The notes: generated from the sequence alone by a model not told the origin. Positions 19,748 to 29,219 are shown, counted from the first letter of the stretch. The stretch is 50,118 bases of DNA from Deltaproteobacteria bacterium (GCA_019308685.1 JAFDHQ010000003.1:1-50118); one strand, 5' to 3'. Numbers and translations are program-made.

Positions 19748-22700
19748 ATGTCCATCAGGGTAGGTTTTTATGTCTGCCATTGCGGGATCAATATCGCAGG
19801 CAAAGTTCGGGTTGAGGAGGTGGCCGACTTTGCCCGAAAGCTGAAAAATGTGGTGATCGCCCGGGACTATAAGTTTATGTGTTCGGACCCGGGCCAGGAG
19901 ATGATTGAAAAGGACATTAGGGAATTTAACCTTAACCGGGTGGTGGTAGCCTCTTGCTCACCCAGACTGCATGAAAAGACCTTTCAAAGTGCCTGCCGCC
20001 GGGCCGCTCTTAATCCTTATTTTTTCCAGATGGCCTCTGTTCGCGAACAAGTGTCCTGGGTCACCGAGGATGAAGATGAAGCCACCCAGAAAGCGAAAAC
20101 ACTGGCGGCGGCGGCGATCAACCGGGTCAATTACCATGAGAGACTTGATGATCGTGAGGCAGTGGTACATCCCGATATCATGGTCGTGGGTGGCGGTATT
20201 TCGGGCATGCAGGCTGCTTTAGACATCGGCAATGCCGGGCATAAAGTATATCTGGTGGAAAAATCGACGACCATTGGCGGGCACATGCTTCAATTCGATA
20301 AGACATTTCCCACGCTCGACTGTGCCGCCTGTATCGGAACCCCAAAAATGGTTGACGTGGTCCAAAATCCAAACATCGAGTTGATCTCATACAGCGAAGT
20401 AACGGAGGTGTCGGGATTCATTGGTAACTACACCGTCAAAATCCGTCGTAAGCCGCGATATGTAAAGGAAGGTGTCTGTACGGGATGTGGGGAATGTGCG
20501 AATGTCTGTCCGGTGTCAGTCCCGAGTGAGTGGGATGAGGGGCTGGGTCATCGCGCAGCCATTTATAGGGCATTCCCACAGGCCGTACCCATTACCTTCT
20601 GTATAGATAAAAAAGATCGGGCCCCTTGTGCGATCGCTTGTCCGGCGGGCATCAATGTCCAGGGCTATGTGCAACTCATCAGCCAAGGCAAGTACCGGGA
20701 AGCAACCCGGTTAATTATGGAGCGACTGCCCCTTCCGGGGGTACTTGGACGAGTCTGCCCGCATCCTTGTGAATCTCAATGCCGGAGGTTGGAGGTGGAT
20801 GAGGCCATTGCCATCAGGGATTTAAAGCGCTTTGCCGCAGATCATACAAACCTGACAGAACTCGAACCGCCGGAAATTCAGGAATGTTCGGAGAAGGTAG
20901 CAGTGGTCGGCTCAGGTCCGTCCGGGCTGACCGTAGCATACTACCTGCGGTTAAAGGGCTATCAGGTAACTATTTATGAGGCGCTTGACGTCTTGGGCGG
21001 AATGCTTCGGGTGGGAATTCCGGATTTTCGTCTCCCTTCACAAGTTCTTGACCATGAGATCGATTATATTCTCCGCCTGGGTGTTAAGACGCGAACCGGA
21101 GTCCGGTTTGGATCTGATCTTACACTTAACGATTTGAAACAAGAGGGTTTCTCCGCTGTGTTTCTCGGAATCGGAGCTCATGATTCCCTGGATATGCACA
21201 TTCCCGGTGAGAAGGACACGCAAGGAGTTATGGATGCAGTTCGTTTTTTAAGGCAAGTAAATTTGGGGGATAAAACCTGCCCCGGCAGACAAGTTGTCGT
21301 GGTTGGCGGCGGAAATGTGGCCATTGATACGGCACGGGCGGCAAAGCGCCTGGGCGCCCGGGAAGTTACTGTGGTTTATCGCCGCTCGGAACGGGAAATG
21401 CCCGCCTATGCTGAAGAGATTGAAGGTGCTAAAAATGAAGAAATTCGTTTTTTCTTTCTCACCGCTCCGGTCAAAATTCTTGAAAAACAGGGTAAGGTTG
21501 ACGGCTTTGAATGTATCCGTACCAAACTGGGGCCACCGGATGCCAGCGGGCGCCGTCGCCCATTGCCGGTGGCAGGTTCCGAATTCGTGATTCCCTGTGA
21601 TGCGGTGATTCCGGCCATTGGCCAGAAAACCCATGCGCCCTGGGCCGACCGGGAGCCCGACCTTATATGGTCTCCGAGAAACACCTTGAAGGTAAACCTC
21701 CGGACAATGCAAACCAGTATTCCCTACGTGTTTGCCGGAGGCGATGCGGTCATGGGTCCGGCAACGGTGATAGAGGCCGTAGCTGCCGGTCACAAGGCTG
21801 TTGAGGCAATCCATCGCTATATTAACGGCGAAGATCTGGACCTTTATGCAAAACAGGTTGAAGTCCGGGAACAACCGGGCCGCGATTGGCAGGAAATTCC
21901 GGATGGGCTTTACCGGAAATCCCGGGCACATCCACAGCATCTAGACCCAAAGCTGAGTGCAACGTCCTTTGACGAAGTGGACCTTGGTCTTTCAGAAAGC
22001 GAGGCACAACGAGAAGCCAGGCGCTGCCTGAATTGCGGTCTCTGCTGTGAATGTATGGAATGCGTCCGGGTTTGTGAGGCAAATGCCATAGACCACCGTA
22101 TGAAGGAAAAAGAATTAGAGGTAAAGGTTGGGAGCATTATCATCGCCACCGGATACGACACCATAGATCCCACGCCCATGAAGCAGTTTGGATACGGCAA
22201 ATACCCAAATGTCTTTACCGCCCTTGAATTCGAGCGTCTCAGCAATGCGACCGGTCCCACCGGCGGTGAGATCCTTATCAGAGACCAAAACGGGGAACTC
22301 ACCCGAATTCCAAAAAGGGTGGCCATTCTCCACTGCATCGGCAGCCGGGATGTAAATTATCATGAATACTGCTCCCGGGTTTGCTGTATGTACGCCCTCA
22401 AGTATGCCCATCTGATCCATGAAAAAGTGGGCCACGATGCTCAAATTTTTAATTTTTACATTGACATGCGTTGCTTTGGCAAAGGTTATGAAGAGTTTTA
22501 CGAAAGGTGTCAGCGAGAAGGAACCCATTTCATCAGGGGCAAGGTGGCGGAGATTACCGATCAGGCGATCAAACCCGAAGAGCACGGCAAACTCATCACC
22601 ATTGCAGAAGACACTCTCCTGGGACGGAGCATACGGATTCCGGTGGATATGGTAATCCTGTGCAATGCGATTCAGGCCCGAAGCGATGCTCAAGAGGTTG

Positions 22701-23158
22701 GCAGGATTTTTGGAGTCAACCAGGGTGCAGACGGTTTTTTTCTGGAGGAACACCCCAAACTGGGTCCTCTGGACACTGCTACGGACGGAGTTTTTCTGGC
22801 CGGGGTCTGTCAGGGCCCCAAAGATATTCCGGATTCGGTTTGCCAGGCATCCGGCGCGGCTGTCAAAGCCCTGGCATTAGCTACTCGGGGCAAAGTGGAG
22901 ATTGCTCCGATCATATCGTGGATCGACCCGGACGTGTGCGCGGGATGCCAGACCTGTATTGATCTTTGTCCATATTCGGCTATAGAATATAACGTTCGCA
23001 AAGGCATCTCGGTGGTCAATGAGGCACTTTGCAAAGGGTGTGGGAGTTGTGCCGGATTTTGTCCCAGCGGTGCGGCACAGGTCAAACATTTCAATGAAAA
23101 ACAGATTTTTGCAGAACTCGAAGGAATCATTGATTCATTGAATTCAGTAGGAATTTAA
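19748..23158 (+). CDS. hdrA: HdrA (methanogen-like domain order) with inserted GltD/NfnB-like NAD(P)H module (HdrL-type)
   Basis: N-terminal VCHCG..MCS..SCSP, GGGISG, FDKTFPTLDCAAC, APCAIACP/GRVCPHPCE, GSGPSG, GGGNVA, YRR, HCIGSRD, CSRVCCMYALK, C-terminal ferredoxin. Confidence 0.93.
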   Translation: MSIRVGFYVCHCGINIAGKVRVEEVADFARKLKNVVIARDYKFMCSDPGQEMIEKDIREFNLNRVVVASCSPRLHEKTFQSACRRAALNPYFFQMASVREQVSWVTEDEDEATQKAKTLAAAAINRVNYHERLDDREAVVHPDIMVVGGGISGMQAALDIGNAGHKVYLVEKSTTIGGHMLQFDKTFPTLDCAACIGTPKMVDVVQNPNIELISYSEVTEVSGFIGNYTVKIRRKPRYVKEGVCTGCGECANVCPVSVPSEWDEGLGHRAAIYRAFPQAVPITFCIDKKDRAPCAIACPAGINVQGYVQLISQGKYREATRLIMERLPLPGVLGRVCPHPCESQCRRLEVDEAIAIRDLKRFAADHTNLTELEPPEIQECSEKVAVVGSGPSGLTVAYYLRLKGYQVTIYEALDVLGGMLRVGIPDFRLPSQVLDHEIDYILRLGVKTRTGVRFGSDLTLNDLKQEGFSAVFLGIGAHDSLDMHIPGEKDTQGVMDAVRFLRQVNLGDKTCPGRQVVVVGGGNVAIDTARAAKRLGAREVTVVYRRSEREMPAYAEEIEGAKNEEIRFFFLTAPVKILEKQGKVDGFECIRTKLGPPDASGRRRPLPVAGSEFVIPCDAVIPAIGQKTHAPWADREPDLIWSPRNTLKVNLRTMQTSIPYVFAGGDAVMGPATVIEAVAAGHKAVEAIHRYINGEDLDLYAKQVEVREQPGRDWQEIPDGLYRKSRAHPQHLDPKLSATSFDEVDLGLSESEAQREARRCLNCGLCCECMECVRVCEANAIDHRMKEKELEVKVGSIIIATGYDTIDPTPMKQFGYGKYPNVFTALEFERLSNATGPTGGEILIRDQNGELTRIPKRVAILHCIGSRDVNYHEYCSRVCCMYALKYAHLIHEKVGHDAQIFNFYIDMRCFGKGYEEFYERCQREGTHFIRGKVAEITDQAIKPEEHGKLITIAEDTLLGRSIRIPVDMVILCNAIQARSDAQEVGRIFGVNQGADGFFLEEHPKLGPLDTATDGVFLAGVCQGPKDIPDSVCQASGAAVKALALATRGKVEIAPIISWIDPDVCAGCQTCIDLCPYSAIEYNVRKGISVVNEALCKGCGSCAGFCPSGAAQVKHFNEKQIFAELEGIIDSLNSVGI

Positions 23159-23206
23159 AATGGTGTTTTGTATTTTGTCACTTATACCAAACACCAAATA
23201 TCAAAA

Positions 23207-23352
23207 GAGAGACCTTTGAAAAACGTTCAATTTTGTTCAAGTTCAAGGAAGACGAAGATTTTAACCACAGGCATACATTGAGTATGTCGAGGATTAAAAT
23301 CTGAGTCTGACGCAGAAATTGGGCAAAAGGGGACGTTTTGCAAAGGTCTCTA
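23207..23352. repeat. ERIC-like/MITE repeat, subfamily B
   Basis: Inverted ends AGAGACCTTTGAAAAACGT / ACGTTTTGCAAAGGTCTCT. Core AACCACAGGCATAC-ATTGA-GTATGTCGAGGATT. Abuts the mvhD RBS. Confidence 0.8.
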
Positions 23353-23363
23353 GGAGGGAGATC

Positions 23364-23786
23364 ATGGAAGGTTTTGAACCGACAATCATCGCTTTTGTGT
23401 GTAACTGGTGTACATATACCGCCGCAGATCTGGCCGGAACCTCAAGATTGGGTTATCCCGCCAACGTAAGATTGATTCGGGTGATGTGCACCGGCATGGT
23501 TGACCCCAAATATGTGATCAAGGCCTTTCTTGAAGGGGCCGATGCGGTTCTTGTGAGTGGGTGCCATCCCGGAGATTGCCATTACATTAACGGAAATTAC
23601 AAAGCGAGAAGACGGATCAAGCTTCTCAAAGAAATCCTTCCCCAATTCGGCTTCGACGATGAACGGCTCCGCTTGACCTGGATCGGGGCCAGCGATGGAA
23701 TCCAGTTTGCCGAGACCATTCGTAAAATGGTAACACAGATGAAGATCCTGGGACCCAACGAGGCCAAATTAAAGATTGTAATATAA
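23364..23786 (+). CDS. mvhD: MvhD/FlxD-family [2Fe-2S] subunit, all-Cys
   Basis: GGAGG RBS, ATG 23364; CNWC, RVMCTG, GCHPGDCHY. Confidence 0.93.
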   Translation: MEGFEPTIIAFVCNWCTYTAADLAGTSRLGYPANVRLIRVMCTGMVDPKYVIKAFLEGADAVLVSGCHPGDCHYINGNYKARRRIKLLKEILPQFGFDDERLRLTWIGASDGIQFAETIRKMVTQMKILGPNEAKLKIVI

Positions 23787-23827
23787 CTTTAGTATGTGTC
23801 TATACCCTAATTCGGAGAGATTTTAAG

Positions 23828-24970
23828 GTGAAAACAGCGAAAATCAAAGTAAAAGACGGAGACCTTTTGGCAACTCTGCGAGAGTTTTTTCGATCCATCC
23901 TCCAGTTGGAGGATATCAGTGCGATTCTGGTTCCACAACATCTCCCCATGAAGAATGTGGTAATGCCGACTCTGGTGACCGATCCTGAACAACTCAACGG
24001 CATCGATCCTCTGGCACCGGCGTTTCCCATCAATTCAGCCAAAATTGTTTCCCGGCTCACTCGTAAACCCATGGGACAAAAAGTGGCGGTTGTGTTGCGC
24101 CCCTGTGAGATAAGGGCATTTATCGAATTGGTGAAACTCAAGCAAGGCCGGACTGAAGAAGTGGTTCTGGTGGGAATCGACTGCCTGGGAGCATACAAGA
24201 ACCTCGATTATACTCAGATTGTCGGGGAACAAGAAACAGAATTCACTTCAAGATTTTACCGGAATGTCTTATCCGGGAAAGAAATCGCCGAAAACGGGTT
24301 TGACCTGAACCCGGCCTGCAAAGCATGCGAACACCCTGTTCCCGATGGTGCAGACATTTTAATCGGACTTTTCGGGGTCGATACAAACCACAGCCTGATG
24401 ATCCAGGCCCGGACTTTAAACGGAGAGGACCTCTATAGAAATCTTAATCTTTCACATGCAGAGGAACCACCGGAACGTACGGCGGCCGTTGCATCGCTGA
24501 TCGCTGAAAGAACCGCCTATCGTGATAAAATGTTTGCAGAAACTTCCGAGGTCACCAACAGCGTAGAGAAACTGAACATTTATCTTGCCAACTGCATAAA
24601 CTGTTACAACTGCAGGGTGGCCTGTCCGGTTTGCTATTGCAAAGAATGTGTTTTTGTTACAGATGTTTTTAACCATGAACCGATTCAGTACCTGCGATGG
24701 GCCAATCGCAAGGGTATCATCAAGATGCCCACCGATACCGTGTTTTATCATATTACCCGGCTGGCACACATGAGTACCGCATGTGTCGGGTGCGGACAGT
24801 GTTCCAATGCCTGTCCCAACAACATTCCGGTAATGGAGTTGTTTCGAACCGTTTCATTTCAAACACAAAAAGGGTTCGAATACGAACCGGGGAAGAGTAT
24901 TGAGGATGAACCTCCCTTGTCGGTGTTTCGGGAAGATGAACTCGCCGATGTTGTCGGAATCGGAAAATAG
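23828..24970 (+). CDS. FdhB/FrhB-family Fe-S protein (F420-hydrogenase/formate dehydrogenase beta-like)
   Basis: RPCEIRA..ELVK..Q, GIDC, ACKAC..P...ADI.IG, CINCYNCRVACPVCYCKEC, HITRLAH..CVGCGQCSNACP. GTG start. Confidence 0.8.
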   Translation: MKTAKIKVKDGDLLATLREFFRSILQLEDISAILVPQHLPMKNVVMPTLVTDPEQLNGIDPLAPAFPINSAKIVSRLTRKPMGQKVAVVLRPCEIRAFIELVKLKQGRTEEVVLVGIDCLGAYKNLDYTQIVGEQETEFTSRFYRNVLSGKEIAENGFDLNPACKACEHPVPDGADILIGLFGVDTNHSLMIQARTLNGEDLYRNLNLSHAEEPPERTAAVASLIAERTAYRDKMFAETSEVTNSVEKLNIYLANCINCYNCRVACPVCYCKECVFVTDVFNHEPIQYLRWANRKGIIKMPTDTVFYHITRLAHMSTACVGCGQCSNACPNNIPVMELFRTVSFQTQKGFEYEPGKSIEDEPPLSVFREDELADVVGIGK

Positions 24971-24987
24971 GTTAAGGATAGTTTTTT

Positions 24988-27900
24988 ATGAAGAAAAAAA
25001 TCGGTAAAGCATTGGTGGTGGGATCCGGAATCAGCGGTATCCGTGCGGCCCTGGATCTGGCGGAATTTGGCTATGGTGTCATTCTCATCGACCGGTTACC
25101 GCACATTGGAGGAATTTTAAGCCAGCTCGATTATCAGTTTCCGACCGACCGCTGCGGTATGTGCAAAATGCTTCCTCTGGTGGATCGAGATGCATCGTCC
25201 CAGTATTGCCTTCGCAAAGGACTTTTTCACGAAAACATCCAAATCCGTCTTTCCACAGAACTTACCTCTGTGGAAGGCGAACCAGGCCATTTTCAGGTGA
25301 CATTGCGTCAGAAGCCGAGACTTGTTGATCCTGTTCTGTGTGTGGGATGCGGTGAGTGTGTGAAAGTCTGCCCGGTGGAAGTTCCGGACTCTTTCCACGC
25401 CGGTATGACCACTCGAAAGGCCATCTACCTTCCGGTTCCACATGCTATTCCCAATCCGTACGTAATAGATATGGAGGCCTGTACCCGGTGCGGGGACTGT
25501 GAAGCGGTTTGTCCCACGGACGCCATCAAGGTCTCCGAGCACATACACAGAGACTTTCGGGTCCTGGTGGTGGACGACGAATTGATCGTCCGCGATTCAA
25601 TCAAGGAATGGCTGGAAGATGAAGGTTTTACCGTCAATGTAGCTGCATCCGGCCCGGAAGCCCTGGACATTCTGTCAAAACAATCCTATCAACTCATGCT
25701 CACGGATATTAAAATGCCGGGAATGGGCGGTGTGGAACTCCTTCAAAAAGCCAAGGAGGACTTTCCCGATATCTGCGTGATTATGATGACCGCCTATGCC
25801 ACGGTAGAAACTGCTGTGGAGGCCATGAAGATCGGAGCATCCGACTATCTCATAAAACCCTTTGAACCCGATAATCTTATTCAAATGGTTTTTCAAAAAT
25901 ACCAGGAGCACGAAGCCGCCAGTGAAGCACCCATAGAAGTCGGGGCTCTGGTTCTTTGTGGAGGTACAGCCTATTTTAATCCTTCCGAAGGCGAGAACAC
26001 CTTCGGGTATGGTGTTTATCCGAATGTGGTAACGAGTCTGGATTTTGAAAGAATTTTAAGTAGCGCCGCCCTGCAACAGGGTCGTCTGGTCCGGCCTTCC
26101 GACAGCAAACCCCTTCGCAAGGTGGCCTGGTTCCAGTGTGTGGGATCCAGAGACATTAAGATCGACGCCGACTTTTGCTCCTTTGTCTGCTGTATGCACG
26201 CAATTAAAGAAGCCCTGGTGGCCAAGGAAAGGGCTGAAGATGAACTGGAAGCGGCTATTTTTTACATGGATATGCGCACGTTTGGAAAGTCGTTTCAGCG
26301 CTACCGCTGCCAGGCGGAAACTAAGCACGGCGTTCGATTTGAAAGGGGGCGTGTCCATTCCATAATCCAGGATGAAGCCAGTGGAGATCTTATTGTCGGT
26401 CATGTAGATTATACCGGAACCCATAAAGAAGAGCACTTCGATATGGTTGTACTCTCCGTGGGCCAACGGCCGGCGCCAGGCACGGCTGAGCTGGCTGAAA
26501 TGGTTGGAATCTCTCTCAATCAGTGGGGATTCTGTAAGGCCGAACCTTTTTCAGAGACGCTGACCAGTCAGGAAGGAATCCTGTTGGGAGGTTCCTTTTC
26601 AGGTCTCAAGGACATCAATGATTCTGTAATCCAGGCTTCTGCTGCTGCTTTGGCTGCATCCCTTGTGATTCATACCACCGGTGGCAGCCTTCTTCTGGAA
26701 CCTAAATCCCATGAGCCTTTTCTCGACATTTCACAAGAACCGCCCAGAGTTATGGTGCTTGTCTGTACCTGCGGCGACACCCTTTCCAAGCTTTTCGATC
26801 CGCAGCAACTTGCCCGGCGCCTTAAGACTGATCCGGGTGTGGACCGGGTTTTCTTTCTTGAACAGACCTGTACCGCTGCGGGCTGGGAAAACCTTGTTGA
26901 ATTGGTGGAAAAACACAAACCCAACCGTATTCTGATCGGGGCCTGCATTCCCTATCTGTACTCGCGAAAAACCAGGGAACTGGGACGACGTGTGGGTTTG
27001 GTGCCCGGCCTCATTCATGTGGTCAATTTAAGGCTCATGGATCAACTGTCAAAACTCAAGGATGAAACTCCGTCAGCAGATGAAATAACAGCAATTATCC
27101 ATGAGCTATCGTCTATTTTGGGAATGGGTCTTGCCAGACTTAAATGGGCTGACCCTACTCCTGCGCCCAGGGTGAAGATTTTTCAGCAGGCTCTGGTGGT
27201 GGGCGGGGGAATCGCCGGAATGACCGCCGCCCTTGCCATCGCAGATCACGGCTTTCAAGTAGATCTGGTGGAAAAAGAAGAGATGTTGGGGGGTAATCTT
27301 ACTTGGTTGGAGCGAGATCTGGAAGGAAACATAACAGAGATTATTTTGGAGAAAACACGGCATAATTTGGAAAAACATCCCTTGATCCGGGTCCACACCC
27401 GAAGCCGGGTGCTCGGCTCCTATGGTCAGGTGGGGCGTTTTTATACCACTATTGAGGACAAAGCAAAAGGGACTTTCACCCTGGAACACGGCGTGACCAT
27501 TCTTGCAACTGGAGGAATGGAAGCGACAACCACCTCATATAACTACGACAAAAGCGAGGCCATTATCACCCAAAAGGAGCTGGAGCAAAAAATAAATGAC
27601 AATAAACTCCATCCGAGCCAACTCGAATCAGTGGTCATGATTCAGTGTGTGGATTCCAGAGAGGAGCCAAGGAATTACTGCAGCCGAATATGCTGTGATA
27701 CCTCTTTAAAAGATGCTCTATGTCTCAAGAGGCAAAATCCTGATATTGACATCTACATTTTTTATCGGGACATTATGGCCTATGGATTTGTCGAGTCCTA
27801 TTACACCCAAGCCCGCAAGGCAGGTGTGATCTTTATCCCCTATGATGTGGCTGAAAAACCCCGGGTAACGGTCACGGACGGATCTATTCAGGTAACCGCC

Positions 27901-28428
27901 TCTGAACCAATTATCGGTCAAAAAATACGGCTGGATGCGGATCTTGTTGTCCTCGCCACCGGCATTGTTCCCACACTTCCAAAGGACCTTGCAGAAGCTT
28001 TCGGCGTGACTGTCGATCAGGACGGTTTCTTTCAGGAGGCGGAGACGAAATGGAGACCCGTGGATTCGATCAAGGAAGGTGTTTTTGCCTGCGGTCTGGC
28101 ACATTCTCCCCGCAATATTGCAGAATCCATAGCCACTGCCAGAGCGGCGTCCCAGCGCGCTTTGAGGATTCTCTGCCACGAACACATGCCTGCCGGCAAA
28201 GTCGTGGCGGAGATTCATCACAGCCTATGCAGTTTATGTGAACAATGCATCGACGCCTGCCCCTATGGTGCCCGTACCTTAGATCTTGATCTGGAAAAGG
28301 TGATCATCAATCCCGCTATGTGCCAGGGATGCGGATCATGCGCCACGGTTTGTCCCAACAGCGCGTCGACGCTCGTTGGGTTTTCAGACCGGCAAATGCT
28401 CGATGTCATTGATTCTGCATTTGAATAA
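24988..28428 (+). CDS. hdrA: Tandem HdrA-like flavoprotein with an internal response-regulator receiver domain (25549-25917)
   Basis: GSGISG, FPTDRCGMC and two ferredoxin motifs come first. The receiver LVVDDE...TDIKMPG...MTAY...KPF follows. The protein then resumes with QCVGSRD, CSFVCCMHAIK, a second GGGIAG, CSRICC and a C-terminal ferredoxin, all in one ORF. Confidence 0.93.
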   Translation: MKKKIGKALVVGSGISGIRAALDLAEFGYGVILIDRLPHIGGILSQLDYQFPTDRCGMCKMLPLVDRDASSQYCLRKGLFHENIQIRLSTELTSVEGEPGHFQVTLRQKPRLVDPVLCVGCGECVKVCPVEVPDSFHAGMTTRKAIYLPVPHAIPNPYVIDMEACTRCGDCEAVCPTDAIKVSEHIHRDFRVLVVDDELIVRDSIKEWLEDEGFTVNVAASGPEALDILSKQSYQLMLTDIKMPGMGGVELLQKAKEDFPDICVIMMTAYATVETAVEAMKIGASDYLIKPFEPDNLIQMVFQKYQEHEAASEAPIEVGALVLCGGTAYFNPSEGENTFGYGVYPNVVTSLDFERILSSAALQQGRLVRPSDSKPLRKVAWFQCVGSRDIKIDADFCSFVCCMHAIKEALVAKERAEDELEAAIFYMDMRTFGKSFQRYRCQAETKHGVRFERGRVHSIIQDEASGDLIVGHVDYTGTHKEEHFDMVVLSVGQRPAPGTAELAEMVGISLNQWGFCKAEPFSETLTSQEGILLGGSFSGLKDINDSVIQASAAALAASLVIHTTGGSLLLEPKSHEPFLDISQEPPRVMVLVCTCGDTLSKLFDPQQLARRLKTDPGVDRVFFLEQTCTAAGWENLVELVEKHKPNRILIGACIPYLYSRKTRELGRRVGLVPGLIHVVNLRLMDQLSKLKDETPSADEITAIIHELSSILGMGLARLKWADPTPAPRVKIFQQALVVGGGIAGMTAALAIADHGFQVDLVEKEEMLGGNLTWLERDLEGNITEIILEKTRHNLEKHPLIRVHTRSRVLGSYGQVGRFYTTIEDKAKGTFTLEHGVTILATGGMEATTTSYNYDKSEAIITQKELEQKINDNKLHPSQLESVVMIQCVDSREEPRNYCSRICCDTSLKDALCLKRQNPDIDIYIFYRDIMAYGFVESYYTQARKAGVIFIPYDVAEKPRVTVTDGSIQVTASEPIIGQKIRLDADLVVLATGIVPTLPKDLAEAFGVTVDQDGFFQEAETKWRPVDSIKEGVFACGLAHSPRNIAESIATARAASQRALRILCHEHMPAGKVVAEIHHSLCSLCEQCIDACPYGARTLDLDLEKVIINPAMCQGCGSCATVCPNSASTLVGFSDRQMLDVIDSAFE

Positions 28429-28437
28429 AGGGCTTTG

Positions 28438-28545
28438 GATTGAAAATTGAGGATTGAAGATTGTCGATTTATGGAATCGCTTTGCTCTGGCTTTTTTAAT
28501 ACATTTGATAGAATACCTTCAATCATCAATGGAAAATCATCAATT
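28438..28545. repeat. Intergenic element: inverted arrays of GATTGAA-type heptamers around a conserved core
   Basis: GATTGAA AATTGAG GATTGAA GATTGTC GATT ... TTCAATC ATCAAT..AATC ATCAATT. Core similar to 1024-1067. Confidence 0.65.
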
Positions 28546-28559
28546 AAAAAGGGGGGCAA

Positions 28560-29141
28560 ATGAACCCTTTGGAAAAATTAGAAAGCGAACAAAAATCTGA
28601 AACTGCACCTGCTCTGGTTATTGATTCACTGGCATCCATCCGGGATATGGTCAGCGCCTGCATCCAGTGCGGTACGTGTACGGGTTCTTGTCCCAATGCC
28701 TTTGCCATGGATCTCACTCCCCGTCAGCTGTGGTACAATGTCCTTAGAGGAGAAAAAGAAACAATTTTTCATTCAAAGACCTTCTCACTATGTTCCGTCT
28801 GCTATTACTGTACACTACGATGCCCACGGGGTCTTCCGCTTACCGAGGCGATGAGTGCACTCAAGCAGATAGCCGCAAAGGAGAATCTGGCGCCCTATAA
28901 GAAGAGCACCCGTTTTTACAAAAGTTTTTTGGAGAGCGTATATCGTCATGGCCGGGTCAGGGAGATGGAGTTGATGACACTCTATTTTATTTCCATGAAA
29001 AACCCCTTTCTGCCCCTTCAGTTTGCGCCCTTGGGAATAAAACTCATGGGCAAAGGAAAGATTTCTTTCGAGATTCCTTCAAAAGGAAACGGTGCGTTAA
29101 AAGCGATCTTTCGTAAGGTGGAAGAGTTAGAGCAGAATTAA
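28560..29141 (+). CDS. hdrC: Heterodisulfide reductase subunit C
   Basis: CIQCGTCTGSCP, CSVCYYCTLRCPRG. Confidence 0.9.
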   Translation: MNPLEKLESEQKSETAPALVIDSLASIRDMVSACIQCGTCTGSCPNAFAMDLTPRQLWYNVLRGEKETIFHSKTFSLCSVCYYCTLRCPRGLPLTEAMSALKQIAAKENLAPYKKSTRFYKSFLESVYRHGRVREMELMTLYFISMKNPFLPLQFAPLGIKLMGKGKISFEIPSKGNGALKAIFRKVEELEQN

Positions 29142-29219
29142 TATAATAATTTTCGCCAAGTTGAGCAGCGAAGCCGCGTTCTATAAAATCGTAATACGAT
29201 TTTATTGTGGAAGGCAAAT

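Noticed and set aside
1113-23158. GltD-like segments as glutamate synthase or NfnAB genes
   Set aside because: They are internal domains of HdrA ORFs, and no gltB or nfnA is present.
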